Source: Armatimonadota bacterium
GTDB lineage: Bacteria > Vulcanimicrobiota > JACPDS01 > JBDRKI01
Direction of reading: 5' to 3'
Assembly (NCBI GenBank): GCA_043814095.1
Contig: JBDRKI010000032.1
Span: forward strand, 1-56,437
Length of the DNA: 56,437 nt
The translations under genes and the position numbers were made by a program. The notes under the pieces are model-generated. The model was not told the origin of the DNA and ran no database searches. It saw only the letters and a list, made by a program, of their open reading frames with translations. Below, piece by piece: positions 9,111 through 18,043 of this stretch (its first letter is position 1; the number at the start of each line of letters is the position of its first letter).

Positions 9111-10097
9111 ATGGGTCATATTTTAGAAGTTGAAAAGCCTATTATAGAGCTAGAAAACAAGATAGAGGAATTAAAAAGAGTAAACAAGGAAGGCTCTGTT
9201 GATCTTGAAAAGGAAATAAAAGCTTTAGAACGCAAAGCCGAAAAACTCAAGAAAAATATTTTTGAGAACCTTTCTCCGTGGGATAAAGTTTTAATCGCAA
9301 GGCACCCCAACAGACCCACCACACTGGATTACATACAGAATCTTTTTGTTGAATTTACCGAACTTCACGGCGACCGCCTGCTGGGCGAGGACGCGGCTAT
9401 TATCGCCGGTTTTGCAAAGTTTGACGGGGATGTGATCTGTATAGTGGGCCATCAGAAAGGTAAAGATACAAAAGAAAATTTAACACGCAATTTCGGTATG
9501 CCGAACCCCGAAGGGCTGCGCAAATCAATGAGAATAATGAAGCTGGCGGAAAGATTTAATATCCCCGTAATCACCTTCATAGATACCCCCGGCGCTTATC
9601 CGGGGATAGAAGCTGAAGAACGCGGCCAGTATGAAGCCATCGCCCAGAGTATAGCTTTGATGATGTCTTTAAAGGTTCCTGTTATCGTTGTCGTGATAGG
9701 GGAAGGCGGGTCAGGCGGAGCGCTTGCATTAGGCGCGGGCAACAGGGTTTATATGCTGGAAAATTCAATTTATTCCGTTATATCTCCCGAAGGATGTGCG
9801 TCAATTCTGTGGCGGGATTCCACGAAAGCCCCGCAGGCGGCGCATTCTCTTAAACTGACGGCACAGGATCTTATCGGTCTAGAGATAATTGATAAAATAC
9901 TTCCCGAACCTTTAGGGGGGACTCACCGTGAGCCGGAAGTTGTTTATGCCAACCTTAAAATTAACCTGCAGGAGGGATTGAAAGAATTAGGAGTTCTTTC
10001 CGGCGAAGAACTGGTACAAGACAGGTACTCAAGGTTCAGGAAAATGGCTGTTTATAAAAACGGAAAAGTTAAAAATAAAGGAGATAAAAATGTGTAA
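9111..10097 (+). CDS. accA: Acetyl-CoA carboxylase carboxyltransferase alpha
   Basis: ARHPNRP, ELHGDR, RNFGMP, DTPGAYPG, GEGGSGGAL, YSVISPEGCASILW. Confidence 0.96.
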   Translation: MGHILEVEKPIIELENKIEELKRVNKEGSVDLEKEIKALERKAEKLKKNIFENLSPWDKVLIARHPNRPTTLDYIQNLFVEFTELHGDRLLGEDAAIIAGFAKFDGDVICIVGHQKGKDTKENLTRNFGMPNPEGLRKSMRIMKLAERFNIPVITFIDTPGAYPGIEAEERGQYEAIAQSIALMMSLKVPVIVVVIGEGGSGGALALGAGNRVYMLENSIYSVISPEGCASILWRDSTKAPQAAHSLKLTAQDLIGLEIIDKILPEPLGGTHREPEVVYANLKINLQEGLKELGVLSGEELVQDRYSRFRKMAVYKNGKVKNKGDKNV

Positions 10098-10227
10098 AGA
10101 ATGCGGATGCCCGAATCATGAAGAATTAAAAGACAAACCGGAGAAATGTACCCAGGAACAGATAAAAAAATGTCACGGGGATTCCAAAGAGCACCCGTGC
10201 TGCGGTTCTGAAGAAAAACAGGAATAA
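10090..10227 (+). CDS. 45-aa Cys/His-rich peptide, possible metal-binding (metallothionein-like) protein
   Basis: MCKECGCPNHEELKDKPEKCTQEQIKKCHGDSKEHPCCGSEEKQE; AAGGAG SD; overlaps accA stop; followed by terminator. Absent from ORF track (<60 aa). Confidence 0.75.
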   Translation: MCKECGCPNHEELKDKPEKCTQEQIKKCHGDSKEHPCCGSEEKQE

Positions 10228-10266
10228 AAAAAAACAGCCGTGGAGGCCGTTTTTTTATTCCTGTTT
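10216..10266. terminator. Bidirectional terminator between convergent genes
   Basis: AAACAGGAATAAAAAAAAAC..GCC/GGC..GTTTTTTTATTCCTGTTT inverted repeat. Confidence 0.75.
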
Positions 10267-10293
10267 GCTTTTCTATTTTTAAAATTTAAGTAA

Positions 10294-10962
10294 TTAATCA
10301 GTTCTCTGAAGATATACAAAATCATCTACCGCCGTGTTATAGTTATCCAGTTTTATTTTTAAATTCTGGTCCGGTTCAACATCCATATACATCTTCCACG
10401 CGACCCTTTTAAACCCGAACGGTCTTTCATCTTTATTGAATACCAAAAGATCGTATTCGCCTGGCTTTACATTTGCAAAAGTGAAGTTCCCGTCTTTGTT
10501 TATTTTGGTTTCATATACGGGAAAGTGATGATAAAAGTAACTGCTCTGTCCTCCGTAAAAATGATTTTTAAGTTCTTTTTCGGTGAAGGGTTTATCAGCC
10601 ACGGCTGTGAGGACGGCTTCCCTGCCGTTAAAATTCATTGAAGATTCTTCAGTAATGTTGAACTTTACGTTGCCTATTATAGAGCCGTATTCATCTGCAT
10701 TTCCGGAAGATGGGGCGTCTGCCGGCATATTTTTGAAATTGATGAAGATAATTTTTTTGGCCGGGTCTGTGTTTATTTTAAAATTAAACTGTTCCGCTAT
10801 CTGAACAAGCGGCAGATATATTTCACTGTTTACGGTTAAGGGTTCTATGGCCGTTGTTTTCCCGTTAATGCTGACCTGCCAGGACGAGCTTTCATCTGCG
10901 GATATTGCCGCGGAAAGAAGGATTGATATCGCGATTATTATAACGGCAATTTTTTTATGCAT
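10294..10962 (-). CDS. Exported protein: copper-amine-oxidase-N (stalk)-like domain plus carboxypeptidase-regulatory-like beta sandwich
   Basis: Signal peptide; INGK..YLPL..IAE pattern; DGNFTFANVKPGEYDL pattern. Confidence 0.65.
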   Translation of the reverse strand: MHKKIAVIIIAISILLSAAISADESSSWQVSINGKTTAIEPLTVNSEIYLPLVQIAEQFNFKINTDPAKKIIFINFKNMPADAPSSGNADEYGSIIGNVKFNITEESSMNFNGREAVLTAVADKPFTEKELKNHFYGGQSSYFYHHFPVYETKINKDGNFTFANVKPGEYDLLVFNKDERPFGFKRVAWKMYMDVEPDQNLKIKLDNYNTAVDDFVYLQRTD

Positions 10963-11171
10963 ATTTGACCTCCAAGAATGGTTTTGACTATGAGAATCTT
11001 TCTCTTTAAGTTGAAAAGTTCCTTTTTATTAACTTTTAACCGGAGTAAAAGCTATTTGTTCCGGGGAATAGTGTTTTATACATAATTTTAGTTTACTAAT
11101 AATATATATATATAACTTAACAAGGCAATTCTTTACTTTTTTTACCTTTAGATTTTTTTTGAAAAATATTT

Positions 11172-11218
11172 TTACAAAATATAGTGGTTGAGGTAAAACA
11201 TACCACTATATTTTGTGG
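11172..11218. promoter_or_regulatory. Tandem NrdR-box-like operators
   Basis: TTACAAAATATAGTGG (11172-11187) and CCACTATATTTTGTGG (11203-11218), starts 31 bp apart, resembling acaCwAtATaTwGtgt. Confidence 0.6.
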
Positions 11219-11258
11219 TTTTTGTGTAAAAAACCCTTATATTTTAGAAAAAACCATA

Positions 11259-11287
11259 TTGACAAAGTGGGGCCTATAAGCTATAAT
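11259..11287 (+). promoter_or_regulatory. Sigma70 promoter of the dcw cluster
   Basis: TTGACA (11259-64), 17 nt, TATAAT (11282-87): perfect consensus. Confidence 0.9.
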
Positions 11288-11297
11288 GGGGTTGTTA

Positions 11298-11332
11298 GTG
11301 GTGCAAAATGGGGGAGAATGGGGTGCAGTGGA
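11298..11332 (+). promoter_or_regulatory. MraZ-binding repeats
   Basis: RTGG units at 11298, 11308, 11318, 11328 (10-bp period) between promoter and mraZ start; further GTGGG at 11267. Confidence 0.8.
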
Positions 11333-11336
11333 CAGT

Positions 11337-11780
11337 ATGCGGGAATTTGTCGGTGAATTCGAACATATTCTTGATGATAAAGGCCGTGTAATAATCCCGG
11401 TTAAGTTCCGCTGCCTTCTCGGCGACAGATTTTATTTAAGTATAAGCCTGAATGAAACCTGTCTCTGCGCCTATCCCGCTGATGAGTGGGAGAGACTATC
11501 AAACGAATTACTCCGTAAGATCCATCCTCTGGATAAAGAAGGTCAGAAATTTTTAAGAATTTTTACCTCCAGTGCCACTATCTGCGAAATTGATAAACAG
11601 GGCAGAATTTTTATTCCACCAATATTACGGCAAAAGGGAGGATTATCCTCCAAGAATATAACTTTGGTGGGCGCGCTCAGCCATGTTGAAATATGGTCAA
11701 CTGGCAGCTGGAAAGATTTAAATAAAGACGTAGAGATTTCACAGCTAGCTCAGGAAATTTACAACAAAGGCAATATTTGA
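11337..11780 (+). CDS. mraZ: Division/cell-wall cluster repressor MraZ
   Basis: Two DxxGR motifs (LDDKGRV, IDKQGRI), EIW; start reassigned to ATG 11337. Confidence 0.95.
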   Translation: MREFVGEFEHILDDKGRVIIPVKFRCLLGDRFYLSISLNETCLCAYPADEWERLSNELLRKIHPLDKEGQKFLRIFTSSATICEIDKQGRIFIPPILRQKGGLSSKNITLVGALSHVEIWSTGSWKDLNKDVEISQLAQEIYNKGNI

Positions 11781-12715
11781 TGTACATTGAACATAACCCG
11801 GTTTTAGTTAACGAGGTAGTGGATTTTTTAAAGATAAAAAAAGACGGGATATATGTGGACGCAACTCTGGGAGGAGGAGGATACACTCTAAAAATTTTAT
11901 CACAAACCGGACCCTGTGGAGTTATAGTAGGCATTGATCAAGACGAAGAAGCAATCGAAGCATTTAAACAAAGAAACATAAAAAGCAAGAATGTAGTACT
12001 GGTAAAAGATAATTTTAAGAATGTAAAAAGGGTTATTCAAAGTTTAAAGATTAATGCGGTAAACGGAATTGTTTTTGATCTGGGAGTCTCCACGCATCAT
12101 ATATACTACGGCTCCAGAGGGTTCAGCTTCTCCCGGGAAGGGCCGCTTGATATGCGGATGGACAAAGAAGGGGAAGTCACCGCCGAAGACATTGTGAATG
12201 ATCTTTCAGCAGAAGAGCTTGGAAAAATTTTCTCTGAATACGGTGAAGAAAGATTTTCAAAAAGAATAGCCGGCGGTATAGTAAGGGAAAGAGAAAACCA
12301 AAGGATCAAAACCACCGGGGAACTGGTAAAAGTCATAGGCAAGTATGTACCTTCAAAACAAAAACACGGCAGAATACATTTTGCCACAAGAGTGTTTCAA
12401 GCACTCAGAATAGCGGTTAACAGCGAACTTAGCTGCTTGGAAGAGGCCGTTAAAAGTTCAATAGATGTGCTTGAAGCGGGAGGAAGAATAGTAGTTGTGG
12501 CATATCACTCGCTTGAAGACAGGATAGTAAAAACTGTTTTCAAGACCGAGAGCGGCAAGTGTATGTGCCCGCCGGGGATCCCGGTCTGTATGTGCGGTTC
12601 GGAAAACAGCAGGTTGAAAATTATAACGCGAAAGCCTGTCACTCCGACAGAGGAAGAAATAAAGGGTAATCCAAAATCAAGAAGCGCACGACTAAGATGT
12701 GCAGAAAAAATTTAA
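11780..12715 (+). CDS. rsmH: 16S rRNA m4C1402 methyltransferase
   Basis: HNPVL, DATLGGGG, DLGVS, RGFSF..PLDMRM, FQALRIAVN, HSLEDR, SRSARLR. Confidence 0.96.
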   Translation: MYIEHNPVLVNEVVDFLKIKKDGIYVDATLGGGGYTLKILSQTGPCGVIVGIDQDEEAIEAFKQRNIKSKNVVLVKDNFKNVKRVIQSLKINAVNGIVFDLGVSTHHIYYGSRGFSFSREGPLDMRMDKEGEVTAEDIVNDLSAEELGKIFSEYGEERFSKRIAGGIVRERENQRIKTTGELVKVIGKYVPSKQKHGRIHFATRVFQALRIAVNSELSCLEEAVKSSIDVLEAGGRIVVVAYHSLEDRIVKTVFKTESGKCMCPPGIPVCMCGSENSRLKIITRKPVTPTEEEIKGNPKSRSARLRCAEKI

Positions 12716-12735
12716 AGCAAATTACGAGGTAATAT

Positions 12736-13140
12736 ATGTCAGCCGTCTCCAGATATTATACCGAATTATCATCCGCGCCGAGGGCGGCAAGATTAAGGAA
12801 GCCCAAACGCGCATTTAAAATAAACTGGGCATTGTTTGTTGTTTCTTTTGTCGTTTTGAGCATTGTCTTAATGCTTATCGTATATCTCTGTAACTGCGCG
12901 CAGCTGGTTGATATCCAGTACCGCATCAGCGACCTAAGGGAAAACAGGGATCAGCTGTCAAGAGAAATTGACTTTCTGGATCTTAAAGTCCAGAACCTCC
13001 AGTCTTTTGAGAGACTCCAGTGGGAAGCCGAAAGAAGACTCGGCATGTGCAAGCCCGCTGACAGCCTGGTATTAAATATTTCTACTCAACCTGTGGCTGT
13101 TTCGGCAGGAAATCGCGTGGCTATGGATAAATCATTCTAA
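12736..13140 (+). CDS. ftsL: Cell division protein FtsL
   Basis: Basic N-terminus, single TM, coiled coil, A..LGM..P; position after rsmH. Confidence 0.8.
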   Translation: MSAVSRYYTELSSAPRAARLRKPKRAFKINWALFVVSFVVLSIVLMLIVYLCNCAQLVDIQYRISDLRENRDQLSREIDFLDLKVQNLQSFERLQWEAERRLGMCKPADSLVLNISTQPVAVSAGNRVAMDKSF

Positions 13141-13196
13141 AAAGACTTGACATTGAACTTATAATTTATATATTAAAAGATTAAGGGGGAAACAGT

Positions 13197-13316
13197 ATGG
13201 AAATAAAAATCTGGAAAAGAAGAAGCTGGAAGACATTCAAGGTTAAAAAATAATATTCTTCGCTCAGCGAAGATGTGCCAAAGGATGTAAAAGTCCTTGA
13301 AATAAACGGAGTTTAA
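13197..13316 (+). other. Short ORF (18 aa; 39 codons if internal TAA at 13251 is ignored) with own promoter-like site and SD
   Basis: TTGACA at 13147, TATATT at 13169, AAGGGGGA SD, MEIKIWKRRSWKTFKVKK*YSSLSEDVPKDVKVLEINGV*. Confidence 0.4.
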
Positions 13317-13320
13317 AGCT

Positions 13321-13358
13321 GTATTCAAAAGCCAAATTCTTGGCTTTTGAATACTTTT
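13321..13358 (+). terminator. Hairpin/terminator inside dcw cluster upstream of ftsI
   Basis: Perfect 15-bp arms GTATTCAAAAGCCAA / TTGGCTTTTGAATAC, 4-nt loop, then TTTT. Confidence 0.7.
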
Positions 13359-13421
13359 AGGACCTTTTCGATAATCTCTCTACGGGACTTATCTTACGGA
13401 AATAATTTGGGGGCATGCATA

Positions 13422-15161
13422 ATGAGGAACTACAATGCCAGACTAAGAAGCAAAATCATAGCTTTATTTTATATTTGCACCCTTATCTTTTTTATACTTT
13501 CGGTAAGGGTTGTTTACGTCCAGGGGGTGGAAAATCAGCGTTTTAAAAAACTTGCTTTATCCCAGCATGTTGACAAAGAAGAAATACCCGCTATCCGCGG
13601 CAGGATTTTAGACCGCAATAATATCGCGCTGGCCGAAAGCATAGAGCTTTTGTCTGTAGCGGCAAATCCTAGAGAGATAAAAGATAAAGAACACGCGGCA
13701 AAGGCTATATCAGAGTCGCTGGGGATTGATTATAAAGAAGTTCTTGATAAACTGAATTCCAGATTAACCTTTGTGTGGATTGGCAGAAAAGTTGAATATG
13801 AGAATGTTAATAAATTAAAAGCAAAAAAAATAAAAGGCGTATTTACGATAAAGGAATCAAACGGTAAGAGATTTTACACCCAGGGACGCTTAGCGTCCCA
13901 TATTCTGGGATATACGGGTATAGATGATCAGGGTCTTGACGGCGTAGAAGCGATTTACGAGCCGTATCTTAAAGGCGCACCCGGCACAGTGGAAGCGGAG
14001 ATGGATAATTACGGCAGAGTGCTTCCCCACGGCAATGTCAAGATTACGCCGGCGGTTCCGGGGCATAATATTGTTCTGAGCATAGACGCAAACATACAGT
14101 TTGCCGCGGAGCGCGAACTTGATAAAACACTTAAAGAGTATAATGCGAAGCGCGGTACAGTTGTTGTTATGGAAGTTAATACGGGGGAAATTTTAGCTCT
14201 TGCCAATAAACCCGATTTTAAACCCCAGTTTTACTATGATTTTCCCGAGCTTAACTTAAGGAACCGGGCCGTAAGTGATATGTTTGAACCCGGCTCTACA
14301 TTTAAAGTGTTTCTGGCAGCCGCGGCTTTAGACAGCGGCAAGATTACGATGGATGAAAAATTTTACTGCGGAAATTCCATTAATATCGGCGGATGGGAAA
14401 TATGCAACGCGAATGACGGGTTGAGCAGCAAAACCGGAAAAGAAACCATAAAAGAAATAATAACGTATTCTTTTAATGTTGGTACAGCGTCAGTAAGCCA
14501 GAAAATAGGTAAAGAAGTTTTCTATAAATATATAAACGACTTCGGTTTCAGCAAATTAACCGATGTTGATCTTCCGGGCGAGAGTGAGGGATTGCTTCTT
14601 AATAAAGCCGACTGGTCGCCTTCGTCTCTTGCCACCATATCATTCGGTCAGGGAATATCAGTTACGCCCGTCCAGGTTGTTGCCGCGCTCTCGGCAATCG
14701 CGAACGGCGGGAAACTTTTAAAACCGCATATTGTAAAAGCCGTAGTGGATAAGGACGGCAACACAGTTAAGGAATTTGCTCCCAAAGTTGTACGCAGGGT
14801 TATAAGCTTTAAAACCTCACTTGAACTTACTCAGATTATGCGCCAGGTTGTTGAAAAAGGCACTGGCAAGCGCGCTCAGATACCGGGATATCTGGTGGCG
14901 GGTAAGACGGGAACAGCCCAGATGGCCGAAGGAGGCTCATATTCTTCCAATAAATATATAGCTTCTTTTATGGGATTTGCTCCCGCGGAAGAGCCCCGTA
15001 TAGCGGTTCTTGTGAAAATTGAAGAACCCCAGGGTATAATATGGGGAGGTTATGTCGCTGGTCCGGTATTTAAAGAGGTAGCCAAGGCTGCGCTGTGGCA
15101 CATGGGAATACCGCCCAGCATGCCGGTAGAAAATGAATCTAAAAATGCAAAGAAGAGTTAA
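13422..15161 (+). CDS. ftsI: Class B penicillin-binding protein (FtsI/SpoVD-like)
   Basis: N-terminal TM, RGRILDRN, EPGSTFK (SxxK), SFN (SxN), GKTGTAQ; start reassigned to ATG 13422. Confidence 0.92.
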   Translation: MRNYNARLRSKIIALFYICTLIFFILSVRVVYVQGVENQRFKKLALSQHVDKEEIPAIRGRILDRNNIALAESIELLSVAANPREIKDKEHAAKAISESLGIDYKEVLDKLNSRLTFVWIGRKVEYENVNKLKAKKIKGVFTIKESNGKRFYTQGRLASHILGYTGIDDQGLDGVEAIYEPYLKGAPGTVEAEMDNYGRVLPHGNVKITPAVPGHNIVLSIDANIQFAAERELDKTLKEYNAKRGTVVVMEVNTGEILALANKPDFKPQFYYDFPELNLRNRAVSDMFEPGSTFKVFLAAAALDSGKITMDEKFYCGNSINIGGWEICNANDGLSSKTGKETIKEIITYSFNVGTASVSQKIGKEVFYKYINDFGFSKLTDVDLPGESEGLLLNKADWSPSSLATISFGQGISVTPVQVVAALSAIANGGKLLKPHIVKAVVDKDGNTVKEFAPKVVRRVISFKTSLELTQIMRQVVEKGTGKRAQIPGYLVAGKTGTAQMAEGGSYSSNKYIASFMGFAPAEEPRIAVLVKIEEPQGIIWGGYVAGPVFKEVAKAALWHMGIPPSMPVENESKNAKKS

Positions 15162-15163
15162 AA

Positions 15164-16648
15164 ATGCTTTTAAGCGAACTTATTAAAGATTTAGATATAG
15201 TTTCAAAAACAAACTTTATAGATTTTGAAGTAGAAAAAATAACATATGATTCAAGGGATGTAACTCCCGGTTCAGCTTTTATATGCATAGAAGGCGCTTC
15301 TTTTGACGGCCATGACTTTATAGGTAATGCAGTTGAGGTCTCTGCCGGAGCGGTTCTTTACAGCAACGAGGAAAAATTTTCAAAATTTAGAGACAAGCTA
15401 ACAGGAATTAGAGTTGCTGATACAAAACGCGCTCTGCCGGTAATCGCAATGGAGTTTTACCATCATCCCGAGAAGCTTATAAAAATTATAGGGGTAACCG
15501 GGACAAATGGGAAAACAACGACATCAATTTTAATAAATGAGATTTTAAAGCAGGCGGGGAAAAAAACCGCTCTTATAGGCACATTATACATTGAAGTTGA
15601 TAACAATATAATAGAAACAAAAAATACGACACCCTCCTCCCTGGATATTATAAAAATAATGTCTCAGATGGTTAAAAAGGGTGCTTCTTTTTTAATTATG
15701 GAAGTTTCGTCTCACGGCCTTGATCAGGACAGGGTTTACGGCATACCTTATGATATAGCCGTATTCACCAATTTCACCCAGGATCATCTGGATTATCACG
15801 GGAGTATGGATAATTATTTTCAAGCCAAGCTTAAATTCTTTAAATCGCTCAGGAAGGATAAAAATTTACATAAAGATCCCTGTGCGGTATTAAATGCCGA
15901 TGATGAGAAAACTCCCCTTATAACAGAGTCGTCAGAAGCCGAAATATTTACTTACGGGTTGAATAATCCCGCTGATATTACGGCACTGGATATTGATATA
16001 AAAGAAGAAGGGATCTCGTATTTATTAAAAAACGGGAAAGATGCCCCTGTTTGTGTTAATTTAAAACTCCTGGGTTATTTTAATGTCTATAACAGCCTTG
16101 CGGCTATTATGAGCGCCTTAAAGCTCGGGATTGATAAAAATACCGTAATTAAAGCCGTAGAAAATATTATGCCTGTCAGGGGAAGGTTTGAGAATATAAA
16201 CACGGATAAGGGCTTTAAAATTATAATTGATTACGCGCATACTCCGGACGGGCTTGAGAATCTTTTAAAATCCGTAAAGAAGATATCCAAAGGCAGGATA
16301 ATAACCGTTTTTGGCTGCGGTGGAGACAGGGATAAGGGCAAGCGTCCTGTTATGGGGGGTATTGCCGCGGGATATTCGGATATTGTTATTATTACTTCGG
16401 ATAACCCCAGAAGCGAAGACCCTGTTTCAATAATAAAACAGATAGAAGAGGGCGTTGTAAGTAAAACGAGTAATTATTTTGTAGAGGAAGACAGGGAGAA
16501 AGCCATAAAGAAGGCCTTAGAGTCGGCAGGCAAGGGTGATTTTGTGGTGATAGCCGGCAAAGGGCATGAGACTTACCAGATATTTAAAGACAAGACGGTT
16601 CATTTTGACGACAGGGAGACAGCTCTTAAGATCTTAAGCAAGGATTAA
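15164..16648 (+). CDS. murE: UDP-MurNAc-tripeptide synthetase, meso-DAP type
   Basis: GVTGTNGKTT, MEVSSH, QDHLDYH, DYAHTPD, DNPR specificity motif, AGKGHE. Confidence 0.96.
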   Translation: MLLSELIKDLDIVSKTNFIDFEVEKITYDSRDVTPGSAFICIEGASFDGHDFIGNAVEVSAGAVLYSNEEKFSKFRDKLTGIRVADTKRALPVIAMEFYHHPEKLIKIIGVTGTNGKTTTSILINEILKQAGKKTALIGTLYIEVDNNIIETKNTTPSSLDIIKIMSQMVKKGASFLIMEVSSHGLDQDRVYGIPYDIAVFTNFTQDHLDYHGSMDNYFQAKLKFFKSLRKDKNLHKDPCAVLNADDEKTPLITESSEAEIFTYGLNNPADITALDIDIKEEGISYLLKNGKDAPVCVNLKLLGYFNVYNSLAAIMSALKLGIDKNTVIKAVENIMPVRGRFENINTDKGFKIIIDYAHTPDGLENLLKSVKKISKGRIITVFGCGGDRDKGKRPVMGGIAAGYSDIVIITSDNPRSEDPVSIIKQIEEGVVSKTSNYFVEEDREKAIKKALESAGKGDFVVIAGKGHETYQIFKDKTVHFDDRETALKILSKD

Positions 16649-16651
16649 ACT

Positions 16652-18031
16652 ATGATTTATCCCATAAAGGTATCGGAACTTATAAATGCATCATGCGGAG
16701 AGCTTGTAAGAGGAAGCGGGGATGATATTATATCATCATTCTCAACAGATACCCGCACCTTAAAACAGGGTGATTTTTTTATTGCCGTAAAGGGCGAGAA
16801 TCACGACGGCCACGGGTTTATACATCAGGCCGCTTCCGCGGGCGCTAAAGGCATTATAATAAGCGAGCGGGTGGATATACCTGGGGATATAGATGTTGTT
16901 ATAAAAGTTGATGATACTCTTAAGGCGTATCTTGAAGCCGCCGGGATATATCTTAAAAATTTCAAGATAAAGAAAATAGGCATTACGGGCTCGGTGGGAA
17001 AAACTACAACGAAAGAAATAATAGCCGGGCTGCTGAAGGCCAGGTATAAAGTTTTAAAATCAGAAGCTTCATTTAATAATGAGATAGGCATTCCCATGAC
17101 TATATTTGAACTTACCGATTCCTGCGAAGTGCTTGTTCTGGAGATGGCCATGAGGGGTAGCGGGCAGATAAGCCGGTTATGCAGAGTGGTTGATCCCGAT
17201 ATAGGAGTAATTACTAATATAGGGGAGTCCCATTTTGAATTTATGGCTTCTTATCAGGCGATAGCCGAGGCCAAGGCGGAACTATTGGAATATCTTTCGG
17301 AAGAAGATGCCGCTGTTATTAATAATGATGACAAATTTTCACCTTTTCTTAAAAGCAGAACTAAAGCGCAGGTTTTCACTTATGGGGTTAACAATGAGGC
17401 TTATTTTAAAGCGGAGAATATAAAAGAGCTTGGCCTTGACGGGGTTGAGTTTGACGTATGCGTAAAAGATAATGGCCGGTTTAATTTTAGAAGCAGCCTT
17501 TTAGGTTCATCAAGCGTTATGAATCTGCTGGCGGGTATAGCTGTCGGATTTTATACGGGCATAGATCCCGTAAAGCTGCAGGAAAAAGTTTTGCAGATAA
17601 AACCGGAGCGGCACCGTCTTGAGAAAAAGCTTCTTCCCGGGGGAGCTGTGCTTATAGATGACTGCTATAATGCCAGTCCCACATCCATGAGGGCGGCGTT
17701 TGATTTTATAAGTAAGTTAAACTCAGAGGGTAAGAGAATAGCCGTTTTAGCCGATATGCTTGAGCTGGGTTCCATAGAAAAGCAGGCTCATTACCAGACG
17801 GGCCTTACGGCGGCAAAGAGCAACTTAGATTTTATAATTTTTACGGGAGATAATGCGGAAAATTATAAAGAAGGGGCTCTGGAGGGCGGTTTTGCCTTGG
17901 AGGATATTTATATAGCAAAGAATAATAAAGATATAGCAAATAAATTAAAAGAAATATTAAATAAAGGCGATGTTGTATTATTCAAGGCTTCCCGCAAAAT
18001 GAAGCTTGAAGAAATCGAAGAATTATTATAA
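16652..18031 (+). CDS. murF: UDP-MurNAc-pentapeptide synthetase
   Basis: GITGSVGKTTTKE, NNEIGIP, DDCYNASP, DMLELG, KASR. Confidence 0.96.
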   Translation: MIYPIKVSELINASCGELVRGSGDDIISSFSTDTRTLKQGDFFIAVKGENHDGHGFIHQAASAGAKGIIISERVDIPGDIDVVIKVDDTLKAYLEAAGIYLKNFKIKKIGITGSVGKTTTKEIIAGLLKARYKVLKSEASFNNEIGIPMTIFELTDSCEVLVLEMAMRGSGQISRLCRVVDPDIGVITNIGESHFEFMASYQAIAEAKAELLEYLSEEDAAVINNDDKFSPFLKSRTKAQVFTYGVNNEAYFKAENIKELGLDGVEFDVCVKDNGRFNFRSSLLGSSSVMNLLAGIAVGFYTGIDPVKLQEKVLQIKPERHRLEKKLLPGGAVLIDDCYNASPTSMRAAFDFISKLNSEGKRIAVLADMLELGSIEKQAHYQTGLTAAKSNLDFIIFTGDNAENYKEGALEGGFALEDIYIAKNNKDIANKLKEILNKGDVVLFKASRKMKLEEIEELL

Positions 18032-18043
18032 CAGAGGTTATTT

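Noticed and set aside
11286-11336. N-terminal extension of mraZ in the ORF track
   Set aside because: Starts inside the -10 box and spans the MraZ repeats; homology begins at 11337.
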